Positions 55,490 to 64,000 of a stretch of 64,000 nt of DNA are shown here, in pieces (positions within the stretch are counted from its first letter, which is position 1; every line of letters begins with the position of its first letter). Location of the stretch: NCBI GenBank assembly GCA_012295275.1, contig CM022679.1:5146001-5210000 (forward strand), read 5' to 3'. The notes beneath the pieces were generated by a model, which saw only the letters and a list, made by a program, of their open reading frames with translations, made no database searches and was not told the origin of the DNA. Origin of the DNA: Chrysomallon squamiferum. Lineage: Eukaryota; Animalia; Mollusca. A program made the position numbers and the translations under genes.

Positions 55490-55625
55490 CTGAATCTATA
55501 TTTTATGTCTGGCTTGAATAAATAAATACATTTGGGATTGGGATACATAATTACTGTTCGGATATTTTACTTTTCTATGTGGAGTTTGGTATAATCATGG
55601 TTTAGGTGGCGTCTTTGTCTGGGCA
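55395..55625 (+). pseudogene. Relic of a fourth chitinase (intron 7 end and start of last exon)
   Basis: GATACATAATTACTGTTCGGATATTTTACTTTTCTAT-GTGGAGTTTGGTATAATCATGGTTTAGGTGGCGTCTTTGTCTGGGC aligns to copy 1 at 46365-46448, with the acceptor AG changed to AT. TTTTCCTTAATAAATTTGGATTAT matches the reverse complement of copy 2 at ~49808-49832. Confidence 0.8.
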
Positions 55626-55682
55626 ATTTTAATTATTTTATTTTATTTTATTTTTTATCATTTATAAAAAAAAAATTTCATG

Positions 55683-56768
55683 AAAAGGGAAATAATTATT
55701 TATTACGTTTATTGTTTCTATTTTCTTCCAGTTTATCTAACTGAAAACATTTTATTATAATTTGTGATTCATCAAACGAAATAATTTAATATCTTTATTG
55801 ACTGCCAAAGAATTTTAACCTCATTCCGTGATGAAAGTAATCGTTTTATACCTCTTGATAATTTTATTTAAACTTTTATTTGCTGTGTCTTTACTTTTAT
55901 TCGCAGCGTTCATATCGCGACTTAGAATCTTGACATTTTGACACAGTAGCAGGGTATCACTCACAGCACGAAGTGACCTTAACGGACTTCCGTACTTAAC
56001 CCAGTCTGTTTCCATACAGCTATATCGGTTTAGACGATTATTATTCAAAGAACTGGTTGGAATGGCAAATCAAAATTTAATTAAATTAATAAATATATAC
56101 ATAAATCTGTGAATAAAAATAGCAAATGACATTTTTCATAAAATTATCAAGAGACATAAAGCTATTACTGTTTATCATGGAATGACGTTAAAACTTTGAC
56201 AGACAATAAAGATTTTAAATGATTTCGTTTTGATCAATCACAGAATATAATAATAAGTTTTCAGCTGATGTCTAATGCCATGTTTCGAACCTGTTGCCTG
56301 TCGAGTTTAAATAATAAACACACAGAGGATGATGGAGATGACATTAGAGTCACGTGCCAGTTCTTACACACCACCAACTGACTGATGTTAATGTACGAGG
56401 TGGTCACCTCTTAATAGCGAATACTAAGATTCGTCCCCGTTGCCCATCCTCAATCAAATTGTTGACATAATAAATATATTGAAGATTATTTAGATGACAC
56501 TGATGTCAGGCCCTCATACGTACATTGTAATCAGTCATTAATATTAATGCATGATTTAGTTACTATTAATATTGATTTACGATTTAGTAATTTATTAATA
56601 TTAATGTACTTTTTAGTAACTGATGAATATTAATTTACGAAGCAGTCACTTCTTAACAGCAAATGCTAGTTAAGACCCCGTTATACACAACGTTTAAAAC
56701 TATTAAATTAATTTGATTCAGAATTTTAAAAAATTTAGACTAAGTACCAAAGTCACGTGTCCTCAATG
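55683..56768 (-). repeat. Right arm of ~1.1-kb inverted repeat, containing a second foldback element copy (55740-56265)
   Basis: Reverse complement of 48157-49221. Internal inverted arms at ~55740-55900 and ~56110-56265. Confidence 0.9.
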
Positions 56769-56916
56769 ACCTTTTGTGCAAGGGGAACGGTCTTCCATAA
56801 TTATTTCCCTTTTGAAGGACAAAAAAAAAAATAATAATAAAAAAAAAAAAAAAAAAAAAAGCAGTAGTAATAGCAGCAGTAATAGTAGAATATTAGTTAT
56901 AATAATAATAACAATA

Positions 56917-56949
<33 letters not shown>

Positions 56950-57290
56950 TAAATAGATAAATAAATAAAATAAAATAAAATATACATACACATAAGAACC
57001 ATTATTATTATTATTATTATTATATTATTATTATTATTTAATACTTTTTTACTATTTCATTATCAATCGTTCACATTGTCAAGTTGCTGTAAACTCATTA
57101 AAGTAACAATTGTAATAGTAACAATAATAGTAAGTAAATAAACAAATAAAATATACACGCACACATACGAACCATTATTATTATTGTTACTGTCACGTTA
57201 TTATTATTGTTATTATTATTATTATAAATTGTATTAATATTGTTGTTGTTGTTGACGATGTCAAGTTGCTGTGAAGTCGTTAAAGACATG

Positions 57291-61779
<4,489 letters not shown>

Positions 61780-62037
61780 TTTTCCAGTAAGAAACACTAA
61801 AACACAAATGAACAGAGCGAACTTCTATTAAACAGACAGATGTCTGGCTTTTCTTTCCAAAGATTACATCTAGATATTGTTTGATAGTGACTGTGTGAAA
61901 ATGCAATATGGCTTTATCAACAAGAAAGAAGGAAAAGAAAGATAAACCCACATATTTACAGATATAGAAAGATAGGTAGATAGATAGACCGACATAAAGA
62001 CTGAACATTAAAAAGGAGAAAGTGAAACAGACGTTGG

Positions 62038-62083
<46 letters not shown>

Positions 62084-62088
62084 GACGA

Positions 62089-62123
<35 letters not shown>

Positions 62124-62146
62124 AATAAATAAATAAAGAAAAAAAA

Positions 62147-62425
62147 ATGAATACCCAAGCGCGCCATAGTATAGTATTGAATATATTTTTGGCTGTTAAG
62201 TGTAACTGCAATGAACGATGCGGAAGTGGTATGTTTTGTTGCTGAAGAAGCAGCAATGAGTTTTTAAATGTCATGGAAAATTGTTGATAAATGATGTACT
62301 TAATATCAATTTATATTTTTACTAACATTAGATGTTTCACTTTATTTGTAGCAATAATAAGTAAACAGAAATATCTTCGGCTGTTCGAAGGTACAGAGTG
62401 GTTCCAAAAGATCACACTGTTCAGT
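62147..62425. promoter_or_regulatory. Candidate shared (bidirectional) promoter / 5' non-coding exon region between chitinase 3 and ENGase
   Basis: Unique-sequence island between divergent start codons 61779(-) and 62704(+). Contains the ETS-like CGGAAGTG at 62221 and is conserved in the duplicate at 54848-55123. Both ATG exons are preceded by splice acceptors, implying upstream non-coding exons. Confidence 0.45.
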
Positions 62426-62578
62426 AAAGGTTTTAACGTAGGCAGAAACAATTTAGTTTTCTCTGATTAAATTTAATGCATTTATGTTCTTAATTGGTCT
62501 TAATTAAACAGAATATACTGAGAACCATTTGTTATTAAATAATACGTTTCCTAAACAATAAATAAAGTAATATGAGAG

Positions 62579-62636
<58 letters not shown>

Positions 62637-62703
62637 GTATAAAGTAGCTCTTAATGATAAAATGTATTAAGCTGTTATGAAATATTTATTTGTTTGTTTA
62701 GAA

Positions 62704-62876
62704 ATGGAGCCAGAATGTGCACCATTAAGATCACTGGACTCTGTGTTGTCATGGAAACCACCTAATGCAGATGATGTGCCATTTGCTAAAGTGACTTTGT
62801 CAGCTCAGGTGAAAGTGAAAAATGTTCCAAAGACACTGGTGTGCCATGACATGAAGGGAGGCTACTTAGAAGACAG
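62704..62876 (+). CDS. ENGASE: Cytosolic endo-beta-N-acetylglucosaminidase (GH85), first recognisable coding exon
   Basis: tttag|AAATGGAG... encodes [19 protein letters not shown]...[17 protein letters not shown]. TLVCHDMxGGYLxDR is the GH85 ENGase N-terminal signature. Donor AG|gtaatc. Confidence 0.9.
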
Positions 62877-62908
62877 GTAATCTGTTAGTGCATGATACAC
62901 ACCTACTA

Positions 62909-63007
<99 letters not shown>

Positions 63008-63390
63008 AAATCTATAAAGGGTCACAAGACATTGCCTATGCACATGTTTTGACTTTATATATCATAGAATATTTTGTTCTTTTATGGCAAACTGTATGTC
63101 AAAGATCTCTTGCTCTTGTTATAGATAAAATTATTGGCTTTCCTCTTAATTATTAAATGTTTAATCGACAGTCAGTAAAAACAAAAGAGATACTTTAGCA
63201 TTATTATTATATAAAACCATATAATTACAACATATTCTTCTAGCAGCATAATAACAACTATAAATATTTTAAGTGCATTGTGTATACTTAAATACGGTTC
63301 TTATTTGCTGTTCATGAAACTAACCTTTCATAATAATAACTTTACTGGTACATTTTTTTTTTTTTTTTTAAATATCCTTTGAAATTTCAG

Positions 63391-63539
63391 GTTTATTCAA
63401 GGCAGCTGTAACCACCAGGCATATCGGTTCTATCACTGGCAGCTGATTGATACTTTCATTTACTTCAGTCATCACTTTTGTACCGTTCCACCTCCATGTT
63501 GGATAGACGCAGCACACAGACATGACGTCAGAGTTTTAG
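63391..63539 (+). CDS. ENGASE: ENGase (GH85), next coding exon; gene continues beyond window
   Basis: tttcag|G TTT ATT CAA... encodes FIQGSCNHQAYRFYHWQLIDTFIYFSHHFCTVPPPCWIDAAHRHDVRVL(G), matching the GH85 motif YxFYHWxxIDxFxYFSHHxxTxPPxxWxxAAHRHxVxVLG. Phase is consistent with the previous exon. Missed by the ORF track because it is <60 aa. Confidence 0.93.
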
Positions 63540-64000
63540 GTATTGACAAAACAGTGGGAGAGTCAGGTGAAAAGTGGGAGGGTGGATCCTTTGTTTAGTA
63601 TGTTACAGACAGTTGAAATGAAATATTTCTGAAAAGAATTGTTAAGGACATGGTTTTTACTTCCAGTTTCAGCTACTGTAATAATTGTTGGACTTTTCCC
63701 GTTATTGCTAGTGTTTCCTTTGTAATGTTATGGTATGCACTGTCTTGTATGGTGGAAGGTGTACATTAAAAAGAATATTTCTTTGGGTGGATTTCTTTTC
63801 AGTCAGATACCATCATTTCACAACAAAATATCTTTTGTGTTTACCCCTGAATAAATAAATAAATATATAAAGAAATAAAGAAATATACAGATAGAGGGAT
63901 AGATAGACAGACAGACTATTAAAAATTATTACTATTATTATTGTTATTATTATTGTTATTATTATTACTATTATTATTGTATTATTATTATTTATTATTA

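Noticed and set aside
62331-62423. Possible additional upstream coding exon of ENGase
   Set aside because: It has a branch/acceptor-like site and one open frame, but no GH85 similarity and no supported start codon. The ATG at 62704 is in good context, so this is more likely UTR or intron.

Overview
Eukaryotic, AT-rich, microsatellite-dense genomic DNA. It looks like an invertebrate genome, plausibly a mollusc, but that is inference only. I reconstructed these spliced genes by hand from GT-AG sites and reading frames. (1) The last two coding exons of a TMEM26 gene (+); the acceptor of its penultimate exon is amplified into a 15-unit, ~50-bp minisatellite. (2) A two-exon, 386-aa rhodopsin-family neuropeptide GPCR (RYamide/luqin-receptor or GPR83-like, +) with a 21.7-kb intron. 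(3) Three 8-coding-exon secreted GH18 chitinase paralogs with no chitin-binding domain: copy 1 (+, intact), copy 2 (-, truncated by a 58-nt deletion in its last exon) and copy 3 (-, intact), plus a relic 3' end of a fourth (+). (4) The first two coding exons of a GH85 ENGase (+), head-to-head with chitinase copy 3 (<1 kb between start codons), plus a duplicated dead ENGase 5' fragment next to copy 2. The most striking observation is that intron 6 of all three chitinases is largely an antisense copy of ENGase genomic sequence (63.0-63.8 kb). Copy 2 still carries a recognisable ENGase pseudo-exon. The cluster also has ~1.1-kb inverted repeats, a ~500-bp foldback/MITE-like element, and mosaic paralog relationships with amino-acid changes clustered in likely substrate-binding loops.
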